Assembly: GCA_964634005.1 (NCBI GenBank)
Contig: CAZWKQ010000005.1
Span: forward strand, 40,655 to 104,654
Direction: 5' to 3'
Length of the DNA: 64,000 nt
DNA from: an uncultured Bacteroides sp.
GTDB taxonomy: Bacteria > Bacteroidota > Bacteroidia > Bacteroidales > JACABE01
The position numbers were made by a program, and so were the translations under genes. Within the stretch, counting starts at the first letter, position 1; the number at the start of each line of letters is the position of its first letter. This document shows positions 35,564-44,325 of this stretch, one piece after another. The notes beneath the pieces are model-generated. The model saw only the letters and a list, made by a program, of their open reading frames with translations, was not told where the DNA came from and ran no database searches.

Positions 35564-36365
35564 GATTTTAATTTTTACTTTTTTTATTATTCTTTCATCG
35601 ATGCCATTAACTGTAATTTATGCTCAGGAAGCTATTAATAACAGTCCGTTCGATACAGAAACATCCCTGAGCGTTGATGAAACATCCAAAGACAAAAAGA
35701 AAGACAAAAAGAAAAAAGATGATAAAGATTATGTAAAAGAAAATGTTGAGATTAATCAATATTTTTTGATTAACTTTTTGATTAATTTAATAACTGTTAC
35801 TATTATTGTCGGATTAATATATTTTCCGAATTATCGCAAACAGGAAGTTTTTTTTACATACTTCCTGTTTAATATAGCCATTTTTTTACTGACATTTTTA
35901 TTAAATAAAATAAAGATATCAATTGGAGCGGCTTTCGGACTTTTTGCGGTTTTTTCGATGCTGCGATACAGAACAGAAGGAATATCAATGAAAGATATGA
36001 CATATCTTTTTATTGTTATTTCGGTCGGGTTGATAGGTGCAATCCAACTACCATATACCGATTTGCTTATTATTGACGGAATATTTATACTTTTCGTTTA
36101 TTTACTCGATGGAAATATCATTATCAGACGCGAATATTCCAAAGTGGTTTATTATGAGAAAATTGAAATGATTAAACCCGAAAAACACGATGAATTGATT
36201 GCTGATCTTAATGAAAGAACCGGTCTTAATATTCATCACATATCAATTGTAAGAATAGATTTCCTTAGAGACATTGCTATACTTAATGTCTATTATTACA
36301 ATAACAAATCAAAAACCGATAAATCTTCCGATTTATATATACCAGATGACGGTAATAATATTTAA
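35550..36365 (+). CDS. DUF4956-like membrane protein (the usual partner of bacterial VTC-domain genes).
   Basis: It has a K/D-rich linker and then 4-5 TM helices (AAFGLFAVFSMLRYRTEGISMKDMTYLF). It overlaps the VTC gene by 14 nt. Confidence 0.65.
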   Translation: MQKIRILIFTFFIILSSMPLTVIYAQEAINNSPFDTETSLSVDETSKDKKKDKKKKDDKDYVKENVEINQYFLINFLINLITVTIIVGLIYFPNYRKQEVFFTYFLFNIAIFLLTFLLNKIKISIGAAFGLFAVFSMLRYRTEGISMKDMTYLFIVISVGLIGAIQLPYTDLLIIDGIFILFVYLLDGNIIIRREYSKVVYYEKIEMIKPEKHDELIADLNERTGLNIHHISIVRIDFLRDIAILNVYYYNNKSKTDKSSDLYIPDDGNNI

Positions 36366-36488
36366 ATACTAAAAAAATTAGATTTAAAAATTGTCGTTTC
36401 GTATATAAAAATTTTTAAAACATCTATTATTATTGCTAATTAATACTTTTGATTTTAATTTTACAGGGTATTTTAAATCAAATAAAAA

Positions 36489-36743
36489 ATGGTTATAAAC
36501 AAGAGTATTGCAATTAGCGAAACAGGTTTAATTTTTAATCCCGTAACAGGTGAAACATTTGTTGTTAATCAAATGGGAATGGAAATAATAAATATGTTAA
36601 GAAAAAATTCAACCATTAAAGACATTCAAAAACAACTTAGCAAACAATATTCAATTGATTCAGAAGAAATTGATAAAGATTTAAATAGTTTTATTAATTT
36701 TATGAAAAGATATCATATTATTGAAGAAAATCAGCAAAATTGA
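36489..36743 (+). CDS. PqqD-family (RiPP-recognition-element-like) small protein.
   Basis: The 84-aa sequence IFNPVTGETFVVNQMGMEIINMLRKNSTIKDIQKQLSKQYSIDSEEIDKDLNSFINFMKRYHIIEE fits the PqqD winged-helix pattern. Confidence 0.7.
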   Translation: MVINKSIAISETGLIFNPVTGETFVVNQMGMEIINMLRKNSTIKDIQKQLSKQYSIDSEEIDKDLNSFINFMKRYHIIEENQQN

Positions 36744-36770
36744 CACTAATAATATATAACAACTTCCTTA

Positions 36771-37856
36771 ATGATTCTAAAAAAGAAAAGCGAAATATTA
36801 ATTCATATCTTAATATGGTTAATATTTTTTATTATATTTCCAATTTTGTTGTATATCGATTCAATGTATGATATTCCTTTTTTAAAAAGAACTCTTTTAC
36901 AAACTTTCTTTTATATTCTGATTTTTTATATTAATTATCTTATTCTGATTCCTTATATTTTTTTTAAAACTTCTAAGAAAATCAATTACTTTCTATCTTT
37001 AGTGATTTTAATAATATCATTTACGATTATATTCGACTTTACGGGTAATATCTTCCCAATTCACAAAAAACCTGAATTTGAAAACAAAAGACCTGAATTT
37101 TTTCAAAATGAAAGAAAAAAATTTCCAAAACCATCAAAAAGATGGCCAACATATAATTTTTTAATAACATCGGTACTTATTTCGGGGTTTGGCTTGGGTC
37201 TTAGATTTTCCGAAAAAATGATATACAATGAAAAACTCAGAAAAGAAGCCGAAAAAGAGAAATTACATTCTGAACTTACTTTTCTTAAAAACCAGATAAG
37301 CCCACATTTTTTCTTCAATACTCTAAACAATATTTATTCTCTTATAGAAATTGATGCAGAAGAGAGTAAAAAAGCCGTTTTACAACTATCGAAAATGATG
37401 CGATATTTGTTGTATGAATCCAACAGCAGTTTTACTTCACTTAGCAAAGAAATTGAATTCATGAAAAACTATGTTGAGCTAATGAGGCTCAGGTTATCAT
37501 ACAAAGTAAAATTAAAGGTAAGTTTTCCCGAGAAGTTTGAAAATATACAAATTCCCCCATTACTGTTTATTTCATTTATTGAGAATGCTTTCAAACATGG
37601 AATAAGCTATCGCGAACCTTCTTTTATTACAATTAATATGTCAGTTAATAATAAAGAAATTGTTTTCTGGTGTAGCAACAGTATTGTAAGCAATAACAAG
37701 AAAAATTCAGAAACAAACCAAAATTCAGGGATAGGCCTTGAAAATATAAAAAAAAGATTGGAACTGCTTTATCCTGAAAAACATAGTTTAGTTATTAGAA
37801 ACACTCCTGCATATTACAGTGTATTATTGAGTATAAATATTGCAAAAAACAAATAG
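36771..37856 (+). CDS. Sensor histidine kinase, LytS/YehU type (His_kinase plus HATPase).
   Basis: It has N-terminal TM helices, then FLKNQISPHFFFNTLNNIYSL, and a C-terminal GIGLENIKKRLELLY. Confidence 0.85.
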   Translation: MILKKKSEILIHILIWLIFFIIFPILLYIDSMYDIPFLKRTLLQTFFYILIFYINYLILIPYIFFKTSKKINYFLSLVILIISFTIIFDFTGNIFPIHKKPEFENKRPEFFQNERKKFPKPSKRWPTYNFLITSVLISGFGLGLRFSEKMIYNEKLRKEAEKEKLHSELTFLKNQISPHFFFNTLNNIYSLIEIDAEESKKAVLQLSKMMRYLLYESNSSFTSLSKEIEFMKNYVELMRLRLSYKVKLKVSFPEKFENIQIPPLLFISFIENAFKHGISYREPSFITINMSVNNKEIVFWCSNSIVSNNKKNSETNQNSGIGLENIKKRLELLYPEKHSLVIRNTPAYYSVLLSINIAKNK

Positions 37857-37858
37857 TT

Positions 37859-38569
37859 ATGATAAAAACAATTGCAATTGATGATGAACCCTTAGCATTG
37901 AAAATGCTTATAAGTTATATAAAAAAAACTCCATTTTTAGAACTTGCTGGACAATTTGATAATCCTATAAGTGCCCTCGAATTTTTAGAAAATAACAGTA
38001 TTGATTTAATTTTTTTGGATATTCATATGCCTGATCTTTTAGGTACTGAATTTGCAAAAGTCATTAATAAAAATACTAAAATAATTTTTACTACTGCCTA
38101 CGAGAAATACGCCATTGAAGGATATAAACTCGAAGCGATTGACTATTTACTAAAACCATATGGATACGATGATTTTTTGATATCAGCCCAAAAAGCTAAA
38201 AAGCAAATTGAGTTAGAGCAAAAAAACAATCAATCACTTTCAAAAAACGATTTTATCTTTTTGAAATCAGATTATAAAACTAAAAGAATTAATTTTGATG
38301 AAATAATATACATTGAAGGTCTCAAAGACTATATTAAAGTTTATATCCAAAATGAAACTAACCCTTTATTATCAATAAGTTCACTTAAATTGATGGAAGA
38401 AAAACTTCCAAAAGATAAATTCATGAGGGTACATAAATCATTTATAGTAAACCTTACAAAAGTAAAAACTATTGAACGTTCAAGAATTGTTTTTGGTAAA
38501 GACTATATACCTATAGGCGACCAATATAAAGATAATTTTCAGAAATTTCTGGAACAGAATCTACTATGA
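37859..38569 (+). CDS. LytTR-family response regulator.
   Basis: The REC domain (IAIDDEPLAL...DLIFLDIHMPDLLG) is followed by a LytTR domain (IYIEGLKDYIKVY...MRVHKSFIVNL). Confidence 0.9.
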   Translation: MIKTIAIDDEPLALKMLISYIKKTPFLELAGQFDNPISALEFLENNSIDLIFLDIHMPDLLGTEFAKVINKNTKIIFTTAYEKYAIEGYKLEAIDYLLKPYGYDDFLISAQKAKKQIELEQKNNQSLSKNDFIFLKSDYKTKRINFDEIIYIEGLKDYIKVYIQNETNPLLSISSLKLMEEKLPKDKFMRVHKSFIVNLTKVKTIERSRIVFGKDYIPIGDQYKDNFQKFLEQNLL

Positions 38570-38629
38570 GAAAACAAATTTAATCCTAAAAAGTATATTG
38601 TTCGAAAATGAATTTCTTAGCTCAAAAAA

Positions 38630-39922
38630 TCAAATAGATTGGGTTGTATCGAAATTTTCGAGCAATTCTTTAATTCTTTTAATAAATAGCCCTCCCATTC
38701 CGCCATCTACAACTCTGTGATCGTAAGAGAGCGCCAATATCATCATATGCCTGATTCCTATTGTATCTCCGGCAATTGTTTCTATTACAACAGGTTTCTT
38801 TTGAATAGCACCAACCGCAAGAATAGCAACCTGAGGTTGATTGATAACCGGAGTACCAGTTATTGAGCCAAAACTGCCAAGATTTGTAATTGTAAATGTA
38901 CCGCCTTGTATATCATCAGGATTTAACTTATTATTTCTGGCTCTATTAGCTAAGTCATTAACAATTTTTGTCAATCCAAGCAAATTTTTTTGATCGGCAT
39001 TCTTAATAACGGGGACAATTAAATTTCCGTTAGGTAATGCCGTTGCCATACCAATATTAATATTCTTCCGGTAAATAATACTGTTTCTGTCAACAGAAGC
39101 ATTTACTCCGGGAAATTCTTTTAAAGCTTTTGCCGTAGCTTCGAAAATAATAGGAGTAAAAGTTATTTTTTCATTTTCACGTTTTTCGAATTGTGTTTTT
39201 ATTTTTTCACGCCATAAAACAATGTTAGTCATATCCACCTCGATAAAAGATGTAACATGAGGCGATGTATGTTTTGACATAACCATGTGATCGGCAATAA
39301 TCCGCCTCATCCTGTCCATTTCAACTATTTGATCTCCATCCGACAAATTCAGAACAGGTTGTTGAATTGGAACTTTAGAAATATTTGGTTCTTCTTTTTT
39401 AATTTCAGTTATATTTACACTATCTCTTTTTTTACTTTCAATATATTTTAATAAATCTTCTTTTGTTAATCTGCCATCTTTTCCTGTGCCAATAATTTTA
39501 TCAAGCTCAGATTGATTAATATTCTCCTTTTTTGCAATATTTTTTACCAATGGGGAATAAAATCTTTCGCTAACATTACTTATTACAGCAACTTCCTCGT
39601 GGCTAATATCATGTTTTGTAGTCTCAACAGAATTATGTTTTTCTACCTCTTTAACAGTAGTTGATGGTTCAACAATGCTCTCTTCACCATTTATTGAAAT
39701 ATGAGCAATAACAGTCCCAACAGGTACTACATCACCCTCATTAAAAAGTTTTTTTACTAAGATACCTTCAACAGGAGATGGGATTTCCGAATCAACTTTA
39801 TCGGTAGCAATCTCTACAATAGCTTCATCTTCAGCAACTGAGTCTCCTTCTTGTTTTAACCACTTTGTTATTGTTGCTTCAATAATACTTTCACCTAATT
39901 TTGGCATTATTATTTCAAACAT
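38630..39922 (-). CDS. 2-oxoacid dehydrogenase E2 component (dihydrolipoamide acyltransferase).
   Basis: It has a lipoyl domain (EIATDKVDSEIPSP), an E3-binding domain (SPLVKNIAKKENI...GTGKDGRLTKEDL) and the catalytic motif SYDHRVVDG. Confidence 0.85.
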   Translation of the reverse strand: MFEIIMPKLGESIIEATITKWLKQEGDSVAEDEAIVEIATDKVDSEIPSPVEGILVKKLFNEGDVVPVGTVIAHISINGEESIVEPSTTVKEVEKHNSVETTKHDISHEEVAVISNVSERFYSPLVKNIAKKENINQSELDKIIGTGKDGRLTKEDLLKYIESKKRDSVNITEIKKEEPNISKVPIQQPVLNLSDGDQIVEMDRMRRIIADHMVMSKHTSPHVTSFIEVDMTNIVLWREKIKTQFEKRENEKITFTPIIFEATAKALKEFPGVNASVDRNSIIYRKNINIGMATALPNGNLIVPVIKNADQKNLLGLTKIVNDLANRARNNKLNPDDIQGGTFTITNLGSFGSITGTPVINQPQVAILAVGAIQKKPVVIETIAGDTIGIRHMMILALSYDHRVVDGGMGGLFIKRIKELLENFDTTQSI

Positions 39923-39997
39923 ATGATTTATTTTTTTAACAATACAACTATTAAACAGAATTAATCATATAATGTTTAAAGAAAAAAGTAAATAAAA

Positions 39998-41560
39998 CTA
40001 ATTGAACCAAATACCATCATTTAAGATAAATCTGATAATAATCAGAAGCAAAACTGTTATTATTAAACTCCATCGTAAAAAAGAATAGTTTTGTCTGGTT
40101 TTAATAATTACTATTTGTGTAGTCCTGTAACTCTCATAGTTAAACATTGATGGAATAATTATAAACAGTAATGATAACTGAAGAAGAATATTATAAAACG
40201 TAATGTTTGGAATCGAAAAAATGTTGATAATAGTTATTACTGTAATATACGGTAATAGTAATTGCATAAATTTATAATACGGCTTGTTTTTATTGGTTAT
40301 CAATAATTTTGTATCGGCTATAGTTAAAATAAAATGGGAAGCGAAATATCCTATAGCTATTAGTGCAATTACACTAGTCACCATAAAGATTATCTCCTCA
40401 ATATCAAACATATAACTAAAGAAAATCCACTCTGTAAAGTATATAAATCCGCTTCTGGTTACTGCACCAACAAGGTAAGCTCCAAAAAACATATTGAATG
40501 AAAAAATCATTCCCCAGAAAAAATACAATCTAAAATATTTAAATCTATCTTTTGAAATCTTATAAAATCTGTAGTATATTACAGCAAGTAATAACGAGAA
40601 GAAAGGAGCTGCCCCATTAATAACAATAATGTTGAAACGGTTCCATAAACTTGAATATGGACCTATTTGATAAATAATATCAAAATAGTATAGTACAGTA
40701 GGTATAGAAAACGCAGAACTAACAATTACAGTTATTAATTGGTTTAAATAATAAATACTTAAATAAGAGAATAGAAAAGCAGTAGTTGAATTAAAATAAG
40801 TGAATAACAATTTGTTTTTAAGCTCATTATCATTTCTTATTACTTTTATATAATCAATTATATTTCGCCAATTGTTTTTCGTTTTCCTGAAAAATGTTTT
40901 AAAATCTTTATAAAACTTTATTATTTCTTTCAAAGTTCTTGAAGGTAAAGTTTTAAAATTCATGTAAAATGTTCTGATTTGTTTCTTTCTTTTTTCGCGA
41001 AGCAAACGTTTTTTAATTATTTCGGAAGTGCTTTTTTTTCTGGCAAAATTTAATTTTGAATACCTTTTTAATCTTTCTTTTAAATCATTTATTCTTTTCT
41101 CGCGAAGTTTTTTCCTAAAAAAAATTTCGTCTTTACTTATATTTTTCTTTTTAAAAGTTAAGATTTCCTTAATCTCTTTAGCTAACTTTTCTTTTCTTTT
41201 CTTTTTAAATTTTTCTTCCAGTCTGATTTTTCTGATGCTTCGACTTTTTGGAGCTTGTTTTAATATGTTAAAACTGTTTTTAATGTCATTTAAAGAGTTT
41301 TCAAAAGCTCGCTTTAATATAAATTTTGTGCTTAAAGTATGGGCTTCTCTCGATTTTTTTCTTTTGCTGTTTACACGTTTGTTCCGATTAGTGTTTAAAA
41401 ATTTCTTTTGCCTAAAAATATCAATAAAATCGTTTAATATTTTTAATAGTATATTTTTCTTCTTTTTTCTGCTTCTTTTTTTACTATACCTGTAACGAAC
41501 CTCCGGAATTTCCCTTTTCCACTTTCCTTGAAAATTATAGTTGTTTTCTGTTTGCTCCAT
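39998..41560 (-). CDS. Hypothetical membrane protein with an extremely K/R-rich N-terminal region of about 270 aa and about 8 TM helices.
   Basis: I chose the start MEQTENNY at 41560. The longer ORF-track start at 41662 would run through the trxB terminator. I recognise no family. Confidence 0.55.
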   Translation of the reverse strand: MEQTENNYNFQGKWKREIPEVRYRYSKKRSRKKKKNILLKILNDFIDIFRQKKFLNTNRNKRVNSKRKKSREAHTLSTKFILKRAFENSLNDIKNSFNILKQAPKSRSIRKIRLEEKFKKKRKEKLAKEIKEILTFKKKNISKDEIFFRKKLREKRINDLKERLKRYSKLNFARKKSTSEIIKKRLLREKRKKQIRTFYMNFKTLPSRTLKEIIKFYKDFKTFFRKTKNNWRNIIDYIKVIRNDNELKNKLLFTYFNSTTAFLFSYLSIYYLNQLITVIVSSAFSIPTVLYYFDIIYQIGPYSSLWNRFNIIVINGAAPFFSLLLAVIYYRFYKISKDRFKYFRLYFFWGMIFSFNMFFGAYLVGAVTRSGFIYFTEWIFFSYMFDIEEIIFMVTSVIALIAIGYFASHFILTIADTKLLITNKNKPYYKFMQLLLPYITVITIINIFSIPNITFYNILLQLSLLFIIIPSMFNYESYRTTQIVIIKTRQNYSFLRWSLIITVLLLIIIRFILNDGIWFN

Positions 41561-41624
41561 GAAAAACAAAATTGTTCTAAATCTTAAACTGCAAATATAA
41601 TTAATTTTAGAAAAGAAGAATTTT

Positions 41625-41660
41625 AAAAAATAGAAAAGGCTGCCTTTAACAAGCAGCCTC
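41625..41660 (-). terminator. Rho-independent terminator after trxB.
   Basis: The minus strand reads aggctgc-(9 nt)-gcagcct followed by TTTCTATTTTTT. Confidence 0.65.
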
Positions 41661-41683
41661 AAAAATTAACGAAAAAAATATTT

Positions 41684-42622
41684 TTAATTAGACGATAAAA
41701 ATCTTTCTGCTTCAATTGCAGCCATACATCCTGAACCTGCAGCAGTAATTGCCTGACGATAATAATGGTCTTGTACGTCACCTGCGGCAAAAACTCCTTC
41801 AATATTTGTTTTGGTTGAACCCGGAATAGTTTTAATATATCCCATTTCATCCATTTCAATTTTTCCTTTAAAAATTTCAGTATTGGGTTCGTGTCCAATA
41901 GCTACAAAAAAGCCGTGTATGTCCAACTTTTTCTCTTCGCCGGTTTTAACATTCTGCAACAAAACTCCGTTAACCCCTGAAAAATCGCCTAAAATTTCTT
42001 TGGTAACGTGGTTCCAAAGAATCTCAATATTTGGAGTTTGCATTACTTTTTTTTGCATTGCCACCGAAGCACGCAATTGATCTCTTCTGACTATCATATA
42101 AACTTTATTGCATAATTTGGCAAGATATGTAGCCTCTTCAGCAGCAGTATCACCTCCACCGACTATGGCAACATCCTTTCCGCGATAAAAGAAACCATCG
42201 CAAGTAGCACAAGCAGAAACTCCCTGACCGTTGTATTTTTTTTCCGATTCTAAACCGAGCCATTTTGCAGATGCTCCTGTAGCAATTATAACTGTTTCAG
42301 CCATAATCTTTTTCCCATCATCGGCAAAAATTTTAAAAGGTCTTTCACTAAAATCTACTTCGGTAACAATTCCAAATCTTATATCGGCACCAAATCTTGC
42401 AGCCTGAGATTTTAGCTGTTCCATCATCTCCGGTCCGGTTATTCCTTCAGGGTATCCGGGGAAATTTTCTACTTCAGTTGTGGTTGTTAACTGTCCACCG
42501 GGCTGTAATCCCTGATAAACAATAGGTTGTAATCCCGCTCTTGATGCATAGATTGCAGCTGTATAGCCCGCAGGTCCTGAGCCGATAATAAGACATTTTG
42601 ACTTTTCAAAATCTTGATTCAT
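41684..42622 (-). CDS. trxB: Thioredoxin-disulfide reductase.
   Basis: GSGPAGYTAAIYA, the redox centre CATCDG and GGGDTAAEEA are present. Size is 312 aa. Confidence 0.95.
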   Translation of the reverse strand: MNQDFEKSKCLIIGSGPAGYTAAIYASRAGLQPIVYQGLQPGGQLTTTTEVENFPGYPEGITGPEMMEQLKSQAARFGADIRFGIVTEVDFSERPFKIFADDGKKIMAETVIIATGASAKWLGLESEKKYNGQGVSACATCDGFFYRGKDVAIVGGGDTAAEEATYLAKLCNKVYMIVRRDQLRASVAMQKKVMQTPNIEILWNHVTKEILGDFSGVNGVLLQNVKTGEEKKLDIHGFFVAIGHEPNTEIFKGKIEMDEMGYIKTIPGSTKTNIEGVFAAGDVQDHYYRQAITAAGSGCMAAIEAERFLSSN

Positions 42623-42830
42623 AAGTATATAAATTAATTGTAATTATTTTTCTTTGAAAAAATGCTATTACAAAATTACATAAAATTTAAATAATAACAC
42701 AAACGTGAAAAAATCATTTCAAAAAGTGTCTTATATAAACTAGGACAATGATCTATAAAAATTTCTTAATATAAAATACTGAAATACATTTTATTATAAA
42801 ATTATTCACATTTTACTCAATATGATAAGT

Positions 42831-42858
42831 AAAATTACTCAAAATACTGAGTAATTTT
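42831..42858. promoter_or_regulatory. Perfect 11-bp inverted repeat (candidate operator) overlapping the promoter of the AAA ATPase gene.
   Basis: aaaattactca-aaatac-tgagtaatttt. It is followed by two TAnnTTTG boxes (42852-42859 and 42860-42867) and the ATG at 42883. Confidence 0.45.
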
Positions 42859-42882
42859 GTATATTTGCAAAAAATATATATT

Positions 42883-44067
42883 ATGTTTGAAAGAAAGCAA
42901 TTACAAATATTAAAAAGCAGGCTTCTTGAACCAAGAAAATTTATTCAGGTAATTTTAGGACCACGGCAGGTTGGTAAAACTACTCTTGTAAAACAATTTA
43001 TTAAAGGTATTGATAGTCCTTATATTTTTGTATCGGCTGATGATGTGCCGGCTACCAATAATTTATGGATAGAACAACAATGGCAAGCAGCAAGAATCAG
43101 ATTAAAATCTGAAAATGCCAATTATATTATACTCATTATTGATGAAATACAAAAAATTCAAAACTGGAGCGAAGTAGTTAAGTATCAATGGGATAAAGAT
43201 ACTTATGAAAATATTCAGTTAAAACTTGTTCTTTTAGGTTCAGCAAAACTCACAATCCAAAAAGGCTTAACAGAATCATTAGCTGGAAGATTCGAAATTA
43301 TTGCAATGCCGCATTGGGATTATTTCGAAATGCAAGAAGCCTTTGATTTTACTGCTGAGCAATTCGTTTGGTTTGGAGGTTATCCCGGTGCTGCTTCACT
43401 TATTGGAGACGAAGAACGTTGGCGCGATTACATTTTAAACTCTTTGATTGAAACCACAATTTCAAAAGATATTTTAATGTTAACACGAATCGACAAACCC
43501 ATATTATTGAAAAGATTATTTGAATTGGGCTGTGCATATTCTGGGCAAATTCTTTCTTACACAAAATTGCTTGGTCAAATTCAGGATGCCGGGAACACAA
43601 CAACCTTAGCACATTATCTCAATTTGTTGGATGCCACAGGCTTAATATCAGGGTTGGAGAAATATTCTCACGAAAAAATACGCCAAAGAGCTTCGAGTCC
43701 TAAATTTCAGGTTCAGAACAATGCTTTATTTTCAGTAATGTGTGGACGAAGTTTTTCTCAATCTATTCAACAACCATCTTTATGGGGACGACATATAGAA
43801 ACTGCCATTGGAACACACTTGCTAAATGCAAGTAAAACCAAGCAAATTAATATATACTACTGGAGAGAACGTAATGATGAAATGGATTTTGTATTGGAAA
43901 AAAACAGTAAAATAATCGGTATTGAAGTTAAAAGCGGGAATACAGAAAAAAAAAGAGGAATTGAGAAATTTAAACAGCTTGTTAAACCCGACCACGTGTA
44001 TTTTATTAGTAATTCAGGATTAAGTTGGCAAGAATTTCTGAAAATGAATGTTCTGGATTTGTTTTAA
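42883..44067 (+). CDS. AAA-family ATPase (ATPase plus a DUF4143-like C-terminal domain).
   Basis: MFERKQLQILKSRL...ILGPRQVGKTTL (Walker A) and IIDEIQK (Walker B). I preferred the ATG at 42883 over the TTG at 42865. Confidence 0.8.
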   Translation: MFERKQLQILKSRLLEPRKFIQVILGPRQVGKTTLVKQFIKGIDSPYIFVSADDVPATNNLWIEQQWQAARIRLKSENANYIILIIDEIQKIQNWSEVVKYQWDKDTYENIQLKLVLLGSAKLTIQKGLTESLAGRFEIIAMPHWDYFEMQEAFDFTAEQFVWFGGYPGAASLIGDEERWRDYILNSLIETTISKDILMLTRIDKPILLKRLFELGCAYSGQILSYTKLLGQIQDAGNTTTLAHYLNLLDATGLISGLEKYSHEKIRQRASSPKFQVQNNALFSVMCGRSFSQSIQQPSLWGRHIETAIGTHLLNASKTKQINIYYWRERNDEMDFVLEKNSKIIGIEVKSGNTEKKRGIEKFKQLVKPDHVYFISNSGLSWQEFLKMNVLDLF

Positions 44068-44325
44068 AATAGCAAATTACGCATATTTTTATTCAAATAA
44101 AAATTTTCAAACATTCAGACTTAAGCTATCATTTTAAAAAAGTATCAGGTCTGCAACTATTAATTGTACAATATAATGTAAACACAAAATACTGAATATA
44201 AGGAATTAAAAGTGTTTTTAAAATTAGCTCTTTTATTTTGTTATTAATTTTAGGTTAATTTTTAAAAAAATGGTAGTTTTGCAAAAAAATTAAAATACTT
44301 ACTAACCCTTTAAAAACAGCGCAAA

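Noticed and set aside
41028-41495. A 155-aa F/L/S-rich ORF on the + strand.
   Set aside because: It is the reverse-complement artefact of the AAA/AAG/AGA-rich (Lys/Arg) coding region of 39998..41560. It is a low-complexity sequence with no start context.
42883-44067. The AAA ATPase as part of a mobile element or defence island.
   Set aside because: No integrase, transposase, nuclease partner, flanking direct repeats or compositional break is visible around it. It is a single gene with its own promoter.
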